Origin: a plasmid
Length of the DNA stretch: 64,000 nucleotides
Sequence record: NZ_CP143948.1
Direction: 5' to 3' (one strand)
Below, in pieces: positions 30,701-40,555 of this stretch. Each line of letters begins with the position of its first letter. Position 1 is the stretch's first letter. The position numbers were made by a program, and so were the translations under genes. The notes under the pieces are model-generated. The model searched no databases, was not told the origin of the DNA, and saw nothing but the letters and a program-made list of their open reading frames with translations.

Positions 30701-31332
30701 TGGCTCTCGCAGTCAAAATATCTGATGGTGTCTATCTCGTCTCCCCACAGCTCGATTCGGATAGGATTCTCCTCCGTCAGCGGAAAAACATCAAGAATAC
30801 CACCCCTGACAGAAAACTGTCCCATCGTCTGGACCTGATACTCTTTTTCATAGCCCATTCTGATAAGAGCAGCCTGAATTTCCTTCAAATCCAAAAGCTG
30901 TCCCAGCTCAAGTGTAAGCACGTTTTCCCACATCTTTTCTATCGGCGCCATCGTATTCATCAGCGCATCAAAGGTGGTCACAAGCGTCACTCTCTCCTGC
31001 TCACGGATAGCCTTCAAAGCCCTGATGCGCTCCGCTGTCAGGAGATTGCCCCTGATATCCGACTGGTAAAAAAGCACATCCTTTGATGGATAATACACCA
31101 CCTCTTTGTCAAAAAAACTGTACTCATCGTACAGTTCCTTCGCCTTCTGCTCTCCAAAGGTCACAATAAGCTTGTTTTTCCTGTGACCTCCAAAGGCATA
31201 TATCATCTGTGATTTTTGCGCATCTATACATCCCGTGACAGATATAAGTCCGGACGATTTTTCTGCCGTTTTTGTCATCTCCTCAAAGCCCGCAAGGGAA
31301 AGGAGTGGTTCTGTAAATGCTTTCACTTTCAA
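27793..31332 (-). CDS. mfd: Transcription-repair coupling factor
   Basis: 1179 aa. UvrB-homology N-terminus, RNAP-interaction domain, superfamily-2 helicase motifs (GDVGYGKTEVA, DEEQRFGV) and a TRCF C-terminal domain. Confidence 0.95.
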   Translation of the reverse strand: MKVKAFTEPLLSLAGFEEMTKTAEKSSGLISVTGCIDAQKSQMIYAFGGHRKNKLIVTFGEQKAKELYDEYSFFDKEVVYYPSKDVLFYQSDIRGNLLTAERIRALKAIREQERVTLVTTFDALMNTMAPIEKMWENVLTLELGQLLDLKEIQAALIRMGYEKEYQVQTMGQFSVRGGILDVFPLTEENPIRIELWGDEIDTIRYFDCESQKSIENIDRVSIYPAAELVLSDEEKAGGIEKLKAEAKRVSDKLRKQMKTEEAHRVTVMADELTEEWGELSMYAGMDAFLSYFFDERVGLLDYFKPSDSLIFFDELTRCAEQGKLTETEFSESMKQRLAMGYILPGQMNGLFTEKEIVAKLEKYSCIALGALDNKANGLHQLGSYGIHCQSVSPYNNSFELLIKDLKRYKKNGYRVILLSGSRTRAKRLSEDITDQGITCFYTENYDHELFEGQIMVCYGKVRRGFEYPILKFAVITESDIFGAQQKKKKRHRTYEGEKIQSFTDLSVGDYVVHENHGLGIYRGIEKLEVDKKVKDYIKIEYQGGSNLYILATQLDMIQKYAGKDARKPKLNKLGGQEWTRTKNRVRGAVKQIAGDLVKLYAQREQQNGYAFGEDTVWQREFEELFPFDETEDQILAIEATKTDMQSHKIMDRLICGDVGYGKTEVAIRAAFKAVQDSKQVAYLAPTTILAQQIYDTFSQRMKDFPVNVDLMCRFRSAAEQKKTIEKLKKGEVDIIIGTHRILSKDVQFKDLGLLVIDEEQRFGVTHKEKIKQMKVNVDVLTLTATPIPRTLHMSLIGIRDMSVLEEPPMDRVPIQTYVMEYNDELVREAINRELARNGQVYYVYNKVRDIADITAKLQELVPDATVAFAHGQMKETELERIMYRFINGEIDVLVSTTIIETGLDISNVNTMIIHDADNMGLSQLYQLRGRVGRSNRTAYAFLMYRRNKMLKEVAEKRLAAIKEYSDLGSGFKIAMRDLEIRGAGNLLGAEQSGHMEAVGYDLYCKMLSEAVKEAKGIEDISDKFDTTVDIVTDAYIPAGYIANEFQKLDIYKRIAGIETEEEKDEMLEELIDRFGEPPKSVLSLLRVARLKALAHAVYITEIKQTGSLIKLTMFERARINPEKIPMLVAQYKSSLKFNMAENPYFTFDLKNGSVAKKRDVLDVVEELISQMRKELITAE

Positions 31333-31375
31333 TTCTCCATTTCTGTCTGTTCAAAATCACCTTGTCGATTTCCAG

Positions 31376-31936
31376 CTAGTTATATATGTTCATAGCCTTA
31401 TCCGTCTCGCCCTGCATCATAAGAACTGCTGCATCCATCGCATGACCGATAGCTTCCTCCACCTTTGCCCTGTCCTCAGAACTGAAACGCCCGAGCACAT
31501 GGTCAGCAAGATCCCAGCCCTGCGGCTTCTCTCCAACACCGACCTTGATACGGCTGAAGCCCTGTGTGCCGGTCATTGCAATGATGCTCTTAATCCCGTT
31601 GTGACCGCCGGCGCTGCCCTTTTTGCGGATACGGATACGCCCCGGCTCAAGCGAAATATCATCAAAAATAACAATCATTTCCTCATCAGGATCAAGCTTA
31701 TAAAAATTCATCACCTCAGCAACAGACTCGCCGCTTAAGTTCATGTATGTCTGCGGCTTCACGAGCAGCACCTTCATGCCCTCAATCACTCCGCTTCCAC
31801 AGAGCGCCTTGTGCTTCTTGTCTGTCACACTTATATTATATTTATCCGCAAGCGCATCTATCACATCAAATCCAATATTGTGCCTTGTGTGCTCATATTT
31901 TTTGTCAGGATTTCCAAGTCCTACTATAACGTACAT
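31376..31936 (-). CDS. pth: Peptidyl-tRNA hydrolase
   Basis: MYVIVGLGNPDKKYEHTRHNIGF. Canonical Pth N-terminus. Confidence 0.95.
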   Translation of the reverse strand: MYVIVGLGNPDKKYEHTRHNIGFDVIDALADKYNISVTDKKHKALCGSGVIEGMKVLLVKPQTYMNLSGESVAEVMNFYKLDPDEEMIVIFDDISLEPGRIRIRKKGSAGGHNGIKSIIAMTGTQGFSRIKVGVGEKPQGWDLADHVLGRFSSEDRAKVEEAIGHAMDAAVLMMQGETDKAMNIYN

Positions 31937-32020
31937 CGTTTATCCTTTCTCTTTCTAATATTATTTTATCTACATGTCATATGCATATTGTCACATATCA
32001 TCTACGTATCTATTCAGAAT

Positions 32021-32824
32021 CTACAATTCAAAATAAAACAAATATTGTTGGATAATTCCCGCCACACCCTTGTAGCGCTCAAAATCAAAGCCGTCACTAT
32101 AATATTTGTCCAAAAGCTGCTTTACATGCGTATCTATCGGAAACGCATCCACATGATGCAAACCGAAAAGGCATATGCAGTTTGCCACCTTTTTGCCAAT
32201 TCCTTTGCGAGTAAGCAGGCTTTCCATCGCCTCATCATAGCTCATTTTGCGCAGATTATCAAGCCAGTCAGGATTATTAGCACCATACTCATATATTTCC
32301 TTCAGATACGGTGCCCTGTAGCCAAAGCCCATGCTCCTGTCATCAAATACCTCATCCGGTACCTCAAGAGGCTTGGGAAATGTATACAGTTCTTCCCCCT
32401 CTGCACTGCCGTCTATTTTATGTCCGCACCGCCTGCAAAGTAAATCCACACTATTTGTGATTCGCTTTATGTTATTATTCTGGGAAATCATAAAAGTAAC
32501 AATCATCTCCCACAAATCCTGCCTTAAAATGCGCACACCACTGCCATATGCATATGCCTCTTTCAGATGCGCGTCATCTCCGTCTGCTATAAGTTTTGCA
32601 ATCCCCGCATAATCCGTATCCATATCCAGATAGCTTTTCCATATATTGTTCCAGTCTGCCTCATCACAGTCCAGCTCAAACTCATTCCCATCCTGCTTAA
32701 TCCGAAGCGCCCTGTCAAATGCCACTACTGTGTATTCATCTTCTCCTGTATTCTTCCATCTGAAGCACTGACCACTGTCAGCAATCTGTTTTAAATCCAG
32801 ATTATCTATTTTCGTCTTGTACAT
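32021..32824 (-). CDS. ogg: 8-oxoguanine DNA glycosylase / DNA lyase (Ogg, HhH-GPD superfamily)
   Basis: HhH-GPD element LTRKGIGKKVANCICLFGL...FPIDTHV with a catalytic Lys/Asp arrangement. The length matches clostridial Ogg. Confidence 0.7.
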   Translation of the reverse strand: MYKTKIDNLDLKQIADSGQCFRWKNTGEDEYTVVAFDRALRIKQDGNEFELDCDEADWNNIWKSYLDMDTDYAGIAKLIADGDDAHLKEAYAYGSGVRILRQDLWEMIVTFMISQNNNIKRITNSVDLLCRRCGHKIDGSAEGEELYTFPKPLEVPDEVFDDRSMGFGYRAPYLKEIYEYGANNPDWLDNLRKMSYDEAMESLLTRKGIGKKVANCICLFGLHHVDAFPIDTHVKQLLDKYYSDGFDFERYKGVAGIIQQYLFYFEL

Positions 32825-32930
32825 ATCGTTTGTCTATCCTCTTTTATTGTAGCTATACTCTAAAAAGCCGGTCTTTCTGTGGCTTATTGTACCACGGATA
32901 GACCGGTTTGTGTGAAATATATTTAGATTA

Positions 32931-33899
32931 TTATATCAGCTCAGGAATTTTATATCCTGCTTTGCTCATCGCTTTTTCAAATTCATCGAGCGACATCTCT
33001 GCCTTCTCGGCACCTCTTTTTGCAGAATAGTCTCCCTCCTGTACTGAAAGATAAATTTCAAAAAGACGGCCCTGCTGCATTCCTCTCTGCATGCCCTCCT
33101 GAATGCCGCGTTTTTTATGATCATCCCATGCCTTACACATATTTACCACCTCTTCCTTTTCATCATACTTAATGTCAGTTCCTACAAACAGATTGATAGC
33201 TGCTACTGTCTCAACGTCAACCCTTGTAAAGGTATCGTCATTTGTAATTAAATCATTCAGCTTTTCCTCATCTGACGCATTTTTCAATAGCTCAAACAAT
33301 GGCCTGAGCCCTGTCTCAAACTTGGAAAAGTCTGTAATTTCCAGTGGATTCAGCAAATTAATCCTGTAATCATTGATGAATGGGAGTATTCTTTCATCCA
33401 TCTGTGGCATCATCTCTGCAAGACTTCTTGCCCCATCCCACTGTGTAGTTCCAAGATACAGTGTGATTGTAATCACCGGTGTCAGCTTATCATCAAGTGT
33501 AAAGCCTGACAGAAACTCGTCCGAAGACCTGTAATCCTTATTTTTCCAGTGACGTTTCTTTGCCTCGTTGACCTGCTCTCCATAATTCAATGCATCATAA
33601 ATCATAGTTTTAACAGGCATCGCATAATGAATGTCTGTCTGCGCTTCTGCTCCAATTAAGATAACATACATTTGCCCTGTATGCTTCACGGAAACACTTT
33701 TTAGCAAATCTCTCCATTTCTGCTTAACAATCTGCTTCTTATCAATACCGAAAACTGATAACACCTCTGTGGTGTCACATTCCTTTAAATCCTCCGGTTT
33801 GATAACCTTCTCTCCGTCAAACAATACATAATTACAGATTTCACTAAACCTCGTATTGTCCGACAAATACTCCTTTGCCTTCGAGTCCTTTGTACCCAA
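32931..33899 (-). CDS. Rpn/YhgA-like family recombination-promoting nuclease / putative transposase (PDDEXK_7)
   Basis: The N-terminal KEYLSDNTRFSEICNYVLFDG region and overall layout resemble the Rpn-family proteins common in Clostridia. A terminator hairpin follows at ~32850-32900. Confidence 0.6.
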   Translation of the reverse strand: MGTKDSKAKEYLSDNTRFSEICNYVLFDGEKVIKPEDLKECDTTEVLSVFGIDKKQIVKQKWRDLLKSVSVKHTGQMYVILIGAEAQTDIHYAMPVKTMIYDALNYGEQVNEAKKRHWKNKDYRSSDEFLSGFTLDDKLTPVITITLYLGTTQWDGARSLAEMMPQMDERILPFINDYRINLLNPLEITDFSKFETGLRPLFELLKNASDEEKLNDLITNDDTFTRVDVETVAAINLFVGTDIKYDEKEEVVNMCKAWDDHKKRGIQEGMQRGMQQGRLFEIYLSVQEGDYSAKRGAEKAEMSLDEFEKAMSKAGYKIPELI

Positions 33900-34435
33900 A
33901 TTAACCTCCTCTTCTTGTGTGAGCAGGAAAATCTGAAGTCGAATAAAAATACTGTATACTTATGCTTTCCACGTATATAATGTGTACAATAATCCCTTAT
34001 ATAAAAGCCGGCAAAATCCCCACACCCCGCTTTTCTCGCAATTTTTTCACATCTGACATTTCAATTTTCCTGCTATTAACTGGTAACATAAAGCATTGAA
34101 AATTTCCATGTCTTTGTCGAAAAATGCGAAGTGGTCTGCCCTCTTCAAAGTGATACGCACCGATAAAAAATATGCTGTGGTGTCGTATTTACAGAAATAT
34201 AATGCTTTGAGTTGATTGTAGCACAGAGAGGACAGTTTGTCATCAAATTTCTCTCTAAAAGACAAGGGTAAAAGACGAGGGTCTAAAATGAATATATGCT
34301 TACTTTTTATTCTCTAATAAAACCCTTATTACACAAAAACCGCGCAAGCCAATCTCCTCCGATGCACTTGCGCGATTTCGTCTGATATACATATACCAAA
34401 ATTATTATTTACATTTGCTACAGCATTTGACTGTT

Positions 34436-34699
34436 TTATGCATTCTCAATCTCTGTCTTATACTTTTCAAGAATCATATTCTGGATATTCTCGCGTGTGG
34501 CAGAGTTAATCGGATGGGCTATATCCCTGTACTCGCCATCGTTTGCCTTGCGGCTTGGCATGGCGATGAAAAGTCCCTTTTCTCCTTCGATTACCTTGAT
34601 GTCATGTACCACGAATTCATCATCGATTGTGATTGACACAACCGCCTTCATCTTGCCCTCTTTTTCTACCTTACGAATTCTGATGTCTGTAATCTGCAT
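34436..34699 (-). CDS. spoVG: Septation protein SpoVG
   Basis: [12 protein letters not shown]...[10 protein letters not shown]. Near-canonical SpoVG; a terminator follows at ~34333-34381. Confidence 0.9.
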   Translation of the reverse strand: MQITDIRIRKVEKEGKMKAVVSITIDDEFVVHDIKVIEGEKGLFIAMPSRKANDGEYRDIAHPINSATRENIQNMILEKYKTEIENA

Positions 34700-34722
34700 A
34701 TTTTTGTCCCCCTGGTCTGTTT

Positions 34723-35841
34723 TTAAATTACATATCTTACATTTTTTTCTTTTACTATCATGACTCCATCCTCACCACAATAGCAGGTGTTTGGATTGAT
34801 GGTTCCACGGCTCTCTACGATGCAATTTTCGAGGTGCACATTGTCGCCTATGTAGACGTCATTGAGTATCACGCAGTTCTTCACTGTGGTGTTTTTGCCC
34901 ACAAATACCTGCTTGAAAAGCACCGAATCCTCCACACTGCCGTTTATGATACAGCCACTTGATACGAGGCTGTTTGAAATGTCTGAGCCCGGATTAAACT
35001 TGGCCGGTGGCAGGTCGTCCACCTTTGAGCAGATGGTCGGCTCCTCCCTGAAGAAATAGCTTCTGACGTCAGGTCTTAAGAAATCCATATTGGTCTTGAA
35101 GTATGCATCAATATCGGCGATATTGTTCCAGTATGAATTTATCTTGTAGCCATATATTTTCTTTACATTTTTGTAGCGCACGAGGATATCATTTACGAAA
35201 TCGAATCTGTTTTCCTCAGCTGCCGCCTCCAAAAGCTCTATGAGCTGTCGTCTCCTGATGACATAGATACCTGTGGAAATGGTATTGGATGAGGCCTCGA
35301 TTGGCTTTTCATCAAACTCTGTGATTCTTGACTCATCATCCATGCGTACCACACCAAAACGGCTGACATCGTCGTTGTACATCATGTCCTTGCATACCAC
35401 TGTAATGTCTGATTTTTTCTCGATGTGAAAATCAAGCACTCTGTTGAAATCCAGCTTGTATACACAGTCACCGCTGCTGATGATGACATATGGCTCATGG
35501 CGTCTCTTGAGAAAATCAATGTTCTGATACATCGCATCTGCCGTGCCCCTGTACCAGTCACTGTTGTCCGCTGTGACTGTAGGTGTAAAGAGGAATAAGC
35601 CCCCCTGCTTTCTGCCAAAATTCCACCATTTTGATGAGCTTAAATGCTCATTCAGTGAGCGTGCATTGTACTGGGTCAGTACTGCGACAGTCTGTATATG
35701 TGAGTTTGACATGCTGCTGAGCGCAAAATCTATGCTTCTGAAGCTGCCTGCTACCGGCAGGGCCGGTACTGCTCGTTTTGCTGTCAGTTCCTTCATCCTA
35801 TTATTGTTGCCGCCGGCCAAAATTATTCCTATTGCCTTCAT
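34723..35841 (-). CDS. glgD: Glucose-1-phosphate adenylyltransferase, GlgD (regulatory/non-catalytic) subunit
   Basis: NTP-transferase fold plus left-handed beta-helix. Lacks the GGxGxRL catalytic loop. Overlaps the glgC stop by 4 nt. Confidence 0.75.
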   Translation of the reverse strand: MKAIGIILAGGNNNRMKELTAKRAVPALPVAGSFRSIDFALSSMSNSHIQTVAVLTQYNARSLNEHLSSSKWWNFGRKQGGLFLFTPTVTADNSDWYRGTADAMYQNIDFLKRRHEPYVIISSGDCVYKLDFNRVLDFHIEKKSDITVVCKDMMYNDDVSRFGVVRMDDESRITEFDEKPIEASSNTISTGIYVIRRRQLIELLEAAAEENRFDFVNDILVRYKNVKKIYGYKINSYWNNIADIDAYFKTNMDFLRPDVRSYFFREEPTICSKVDDLPPAKFNPGSDISNSLVSSGCIINGSVEDSVLFKQVFVGKNTTVKNCVILNDVYIGDNVHLENCIVESRGTINPNTCYCGEDGVMIVKEKNVRYVI

Positions 35842-37112
35842 TTTCCGTCACCTGCCTTGATAATAACTTCTCCGCCCTCAAGCACACCGTCTTTGTAATC
35901 CTCTTCGTATGTAACACCGGAGATTGCTGTATTTTTGCCTATCTTTACCCCGTCCGGTATCACAGAATCTTCTCCTATAGTGACCAGCCCAAATGAGTAT
36001 ATGCTCTCATTTAATACGTTCGGCTTCTCCTGTCCGAAGCCAAGTGTCACATTGTCGCCCACCTTGCAATTTTCGGCAATGATGGACTTGTCTATCGTGA
36101 CATTGGAGCCTATCTCCGTGTCACACATGATAATGGAATCACGTATTACTGCGCCTCTTCCAATCTTGACGTTGGCACCTATAACAGAATGCTCCACATG
36201 ACCATAGCATTCACAGCCCTCACCCATGATGCTTCGCTCCACATGACCTCCTTTGGCTATATAAAGTGGCTCGATTGCATCATTCTTTGTGTAAATCTTC
36301 CAATACTCCTCGTACAGATTGAACTCCGGAATGAGGTCCACAAGCTCCATATTGGCCTCCCAGTATGAGCCCAGTGTACCTACATCCTTCCAGTATCCGT
36401 TGAACTCGTATGCAAACATACGTCTGTCGTTTTCAAAGCAGTATGGTATGACATGCTTGCCAAAATCACAGTTTTCCTGATCCTTTAGTGCAAGTAATGC
36501 TTCCTTTAGCACCGGCCATGAGAATATGTAAATGCCCATTGATGCGAGATTGCTGCGCGGATGAACCGGCTTTTCCTCAAATGCATTGATGCGCTTATCA
36601 TCATCGGCTATGACGATACCAAATCGGCTGGCCTCCTCGATAGGCACCGGCATGGTTGCTATGGTCACATCTGCATTGTTTTCCTTGTGGAAATCAAGCA
36701 TCACCTCATAGTCCATCTTGTAAATATGGTCTCCTGACAGTATCAACACATAGTCCGGGTTGTAACTGTCTATATACCTCATATTCTGGTAGATTGCATT
36801 GGCTGTACCTGTGTACCACTCGCTGTTGCCGCTCTTCTCATAAGGAGGCAGTATTGCCACTCCTCCATTATTCCTGTCGAGGTCCCACGGAATACCTATT
36901 CCGATATGGCTGTTAAGTCTGAGTGGCTGATACTGTGTAAGTACACCCACTGTATCAATGCCTGAATTGATGCAGTTGCTAAGCGGAAAATCTATGATTC
37001 TGTACTTTCCACCAAACGAAACTGCCGGTTTTGCTACGTTCGCTGTCAGAACACCAAGTCTGCTGCCTTGACCGCCTGCTAAAAGCATGGCTATCATTTC
37101 TTTCTTAATCAC
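35838..37112 (-). CDS. glgC: Glucose-1-phosphate adenylyltransferase
   Basis: [14 protein letters not shown] motif. The start is trimmed to GTG 37112 ([10 protein letters not shown]), with GAGGAG 7 nt upstream; the longer ORF-track N-terminus is non-homologous. Confidence 0.85.
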   Translation of the reverse strand: MIKKEMIAMLLAGGQGSRLGVLTANVAKPAVSFGGKYRIIDFPLSNCINSGIDTVGVLTQYQPLRLNSHIGIGIPWDLDRNNGGVAILPPYEKSGNSEWYTGTANAIYQNMRYIDSYNPDYVLILSGDHIYKMDYEVMLDFHKENNADVTIATMPVPIEEASRFGIVIADDDKRINAFEEKPVHPRSNLASMGIYIFSWPVLKEALLALKDQENCDFGKHVIPYCFENDRRMFAYEFNGYWKDVGTLGSYWEANMELVDLIPEFNLYEEYWKIYTKNDAIEPLYIAKGGHVERSIMGEGCECYGHVEHSVIGANVKIGRGAVIRDSIIMCDTEIGSNVTIDKSIIAENCKVGDNVTLGFGQEKPNVLNESIYSFGLVTIGEDSVIPDGVKIGKNTAISGVTYEEDYKDGVLEGGEVIIKAGDGK

Positions 37113-37639
37113 GTTATCACTCCTCGTCTGTCCTAATTTTTGTTGTGCCATCCGGTCCCAACCACTTGTTTCTGTAATAACCGTATCTGTAATGCTTCTA
37201 TAATAAATCACAATTGTTTCCATATAAATTATAGTTGCTGCTGCATAAATTGCAGTTACTGCTATATACTTTAACCCCATCAAATTCATATGGTCCGGAT
37301 GAATTATTTTTATAAAAAAATTATACCACAGCCGCATTACCACTTCAACATTTTTCACAAAATCAAATAATATTTTTCTTTTTTTTCGACATTTTGCACA
37401 AGTGCCATTTATCGTATATCTGTTTAACCTGCTATGGTTCTTATCATTTGAAAGTCATGCCTGCTTTCACCTTATTTTTCCTTTGCAAATACTATATTTA
37501 GTTGTATAATTAATATAAAGTAACTATTCAGAACAAGAAAATCTGTTGCTTACATGCAATCATGACGCATCGGCTTTTTGTTCTCAGCGATTCTTAATAG
37601 TTACAATATAAATTATAATAAATCAGGCAGGTAAAATTA

Positions 37640-39019
37640 ATGTATAAAATAGATTTCAGCAAACCAATACACATCCATTTCATAGGCATCGGCGGTATCA
37701 GCATGAGCGGTCTCGCAGAGATTCTGCATGAGGAGGGCTTTACAATTTCCGGCTCCGATTCAAAGGAATCAGACCTCACAAAAACTCTTGCTGCCAAGGG
37801 CATAAAAGTCATATATGGCCAGAGCGCAGACAATATCACATCCGGTATCGACCTGGTAGTTTACACTGCTGCTATCCACGAAAGCAATCCTGAGTTTGCC
37901 GCAGCAAAAGCAGCCGGTATTCCAATGCTTACCAGAGCCGAGCTTCTCGGACAGATTATGGACAATTACGATTATTCTATCGCTGTAGCCGGCACACACG
38001 GCAAGACTACCACCACATCCATGATCAGCGAGATTCTTCTCGCCGCCCAGACAGATCCTACCATTTCCGTAGGTGGTATTTTGTCATCTATCCACGGCAA
38101 TCTGCGTGTGGGCGATTCAGAGTACTTCATCTCTGAGGCGTGTGAGTACACAAACAGCTTTTTGAATTTCAGACCACGCTACAGCATTATTTTAAATATT
38201 GAGGCTGAGCATCTGGATTTCTTCAAGGATATCAACGACATCAGACATTCCTTCCGCGAGTATGCATCAAACACTCTCGCAGGCGGTGCTACCATCATCA
38301 ATGGTGAGATTGACAGCTATGAGGAGATTGTCGCAGGACTTCCTCAGAAGATTATCACCTATGGCTTTGATTCAAAATATGATTTCTATCCGGAAAATAT
38401 AACCTATGACGATAAAGCTTGTGCATCTTTTACAGCTATGAGACAGGGTAGTCCACTTTTCGACGTAAAACTCTCTGTTCCGGGCGCTCACAATGTAAGC
38501 AATGCGCTCGCTGCCATAGCTTTATCCACCACACTCGGTCTTGATGAAGAGTCTATCCTCACAGGCCTTGACAAATTTGGAGGTGCTGACAGACGTTTCC
38601 AGTACAAGGGCAAGGTAAACGGCGTCACAATCATTGATGACTACGCTCACCATCCAACCGAGATCCGCGCAACACTGACAGCTGCACAAAAATATCCACA
38701 TGACAGGCTTGTCCTTTGCTTCCAGCCACACACCTATTCCAGAACCAAGGCATTCTTAAATGATTTTGCCGATGTTCTTTCAATGGCAGATGTTGTGGTG
38801 CTTGCTGATATCTATGCTGCGCGTGAGCAGAACACATATGGTATCTCATCTAAGGATATCCTGGATTTATTGCTCGAAAAAGGTGTGAATGCGCACTATT
38901 TCCCATCATTTGAGGAAATCGAGAAATTTTTATCAGAAAATTGTGTAAACGGTGACCTGTTGATAACAATGGGTGCCGGAAATGTAGTAGAAATCGGCGA
39001 AGACCTGCTTAAGAAATAA
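37640..39019 (+). CDS. murC: UDP-N-acetylmuramate--L-alanine ligase
   Basis: IHFIGIGGISMSGLA and GTHGKTTTTSM Mur-ligase motifs. 459 aa. Confidence 0.9.
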   Translation: MYKIDFSKPIHIHFIGIGGISMSGLAEILHEEGFTISGSDSKESDLTKTLAAKGIKVIYGQSADNITSGIDLVVYTAAIHESNPEFAAAKAAGIPMLTRAELLGQIMDNYDYSIAVAGTHGKTTTTSMISEILLAAQTDPTISVGGILSSIHGNLRVGDSEYFISEACEYTNSFLNFRPRYSIILNIEAEHLDFFKDINDIRHSFREYASNTLAGGATIINGEIDSYEEIVAGLPQKIITYGFDSKYDFYPENITYDDKACASFTAMRQGSPLFDVKLSVPGAHNVSNALAAIALSTTLGLDEESILTGLDKFGGADRRFQYKGKVNGVTIIDDYAHHPTEIRATLTAAQKYPHDRLVLCFQPHTYSRTKAFLNDFADVLSMADVVVLADIYAAREQNTYGISSKDILDLLLEKGVNAHYFPSFEEIEKFLSENCVNGDLLITMGAGNVVEIGEDLLKK

Positions 39020-39175
39020 GTTATCCACGTTATCCACATACAAAATGTTAACAACTCTCATTTTGTGTGTGGATTTTTTAAATAATTTTCAACAGCTTAT
39101 ATACCCTGTGATACATTGATTTCTCAATTATTTTACACAGTTATCCACGTTATCCACATTTTTTTGTGGACTCGG
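39017..39175. promoter_or_regulatory. DnaA-box cluster: two exact copies of agTTATCCACgTTATCCACAt (39019-39039 and 39139-39159), plus inverted partial boxes TGTGGATTT (39067-39075) and TGTGGACTC (39166-39174)
   Basis: Four perfect or near-perfect TTATCCACA nonamers in 160 bp, flanking an AT-rich stretch, immediately upstream of the dnaB(DnaD-domain)-dnaI operon. Confidence 0.6.
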
Positions 39176-39276
39176 AAAGCCCGAGTTTACAAGGCTTGTA
39201 GCACTTTTACCATCTTCACACGGTTAAAATATTGTGCTATAATTGCTCACAGGTTAAGCGAAAGAGAGTTTTTTAT

Positions 39277-40518
39277 ATGACAGCGATAAACATTAGCAGT
39301 GACATAGCAACATCATTCACTACTGTGTCAGATATTTTTATAGATCAATACATGCCAAAGGCAAACGGTGAGTTTGTCAAGGTATACCTTTATCTGCTCC
39401 GTGCGACAGGCTCCGGGGCAGGCATAGCAACTATTTCAGAGATTGCCGATCATTTCAGCAATACTGAAGCCGACATCATACGTGCCCTCAATTACTGGGC
39501 CTCTGAGGGCATTTTGCAGGTGCAAACCGGCGCTGATGGTCAGATTATTGGAATCAACCTCTGCAGTCTTTCTGTATCCGGTATGCAGGCTGCTCAGAGT
39601 AATATACAAAGCGCTGTGGCTGATAATGCCGCGCAGAATAATTTGCAAAACAGCGTAGTTAATAATGCTGCACAGAATATTTTGCAAAACAGCGTGGTTA
39701 ATAATGCTGCACAGAATATTTCTACCGTGAATACTCGGATGCATGATTCTGTTGTGGAAAAGCTTAAGAGCCAGACTCCTGACAAAGCTGCTTCTTCACA
39801 GAAGGAATACACACTTGATGAGATTAAGGAGTTTACAAAGAATCCTGACATTTCAGAGCTTTTCTTTATTATAGAGACATATCTGAAGCATACGCTCTCA
39901 TCCACAGACACCAATATGGTGCTCTACTGGCTGGACGAGCTTCATTTTTCTACCGACCTGGTAGAATATCTCGTAGAGTACTGCATTACCAAAGGACATT
40001 CAAGCCTTCGTTACATGAACAAGGTCGCTCTCGGCTGGGCCGATGCCGGCATAAAGACCGTAGACCAGGCAAAGGACGATGCAGCCGCTCACTCACAGAT
40101 TTACTATTCTGTAATGAAGGCTCTAGGCATCACAGGCCGCAATCTGGTTGACTCTGAGGTGTCACTAATAAACAAATGGGTCGGCGAATACGGTTTCGAT
40201 ATAGAGCTTGTAAAGGCCGCCTGCAGTAAAACCATTTCAGCTATCCAGAAGCCAAGCTTCGAGTACACAGACTCGATACTCGCGAACTGGAGGAAAAAGG
40301 ATGTACATACATTAAAGGATGTTGAAGTGCTTGATGCCAACTTTGCCAAGGCCAATAAAGCCTCTGCTACCGGCTCATCACAGAGTACAAATGCTGCAAA
40401 CGGTTCCTCAAAACCCAAAAGCAATAATTCAAGTTCCAAGAATAAATTTAACAACTTCAATCAGCGAAACAATGATTACGACAAGCTGGAGAAGCTGTTT
40501 CTGAATTCTACGGTATGA
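39277..40518 (+). CDS. Replication initiation/membrane attachment protein, DnaB(B. subtilis-type)/DnaD-domain family (two DnaD-like C-terminal domains)
   Basis: The N-terminal winged-helix-like domain is followed by a tandem 13-aa repeat linker, then two DnaD-like (DDBH2) modules (YWLDELHFSTDLVEYLVEYC... and INKWVGEYGFDIELVKAACSKT...ILANWRKK). It is adjacent to dnaI. Confidence 0.7.
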   Translation: MTAINISSDIATSFTTVSDIFIDQYMPKANGEFVKVYLYLLRATGSGAGIATISEIADHFSNTEADIIRALNYWASEGILQVQTGADGQIIGINLCSLSVSGMQAAQSNIQSAVADNAAQNNLQNSVVNNAAQNILQNSVVNNAAQNISTVNTRMHDSVVEKLKSQTPDKAASSQKEYTLDEIKEFTKNPDISELFFIIETYLKHTLSSTDTNMVLYWLDELHFSTDLVEYLVEYCITKGHSSLRYMNKVALGWADAGIKTVDQAKDDAAAHSQIYYSVMKALGITGRNLVDSEVSLINKWVGEYGFDIELVKAACSKTISAIQKPSFEYTDSILANWRKKDVHTLKDVEVLDANFAKANKASATGSSQSTNAANGSSKPKSNNSSSKNKFNNFNQRNNDYDKLEKLFLNSTV

Positions 40519-40555
40519 TTTTTCAAGTTAGATTTACACATCCCAAGGAGGATAT

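Noticed and set aside
34047-34265. 72-aa ORF downstream of spoVG
   Set aside because: No RBS and odd composition. The region is better explained by the spoVG terminator plus a promoter.
39019-39159. Repeated 21-mers that could superficially look like CRISPR repeats
   Set aside because: There are only two copies, 120 bp apart with no regular spacer periodicity, and each is a tandem pair of DnaA nonamers.
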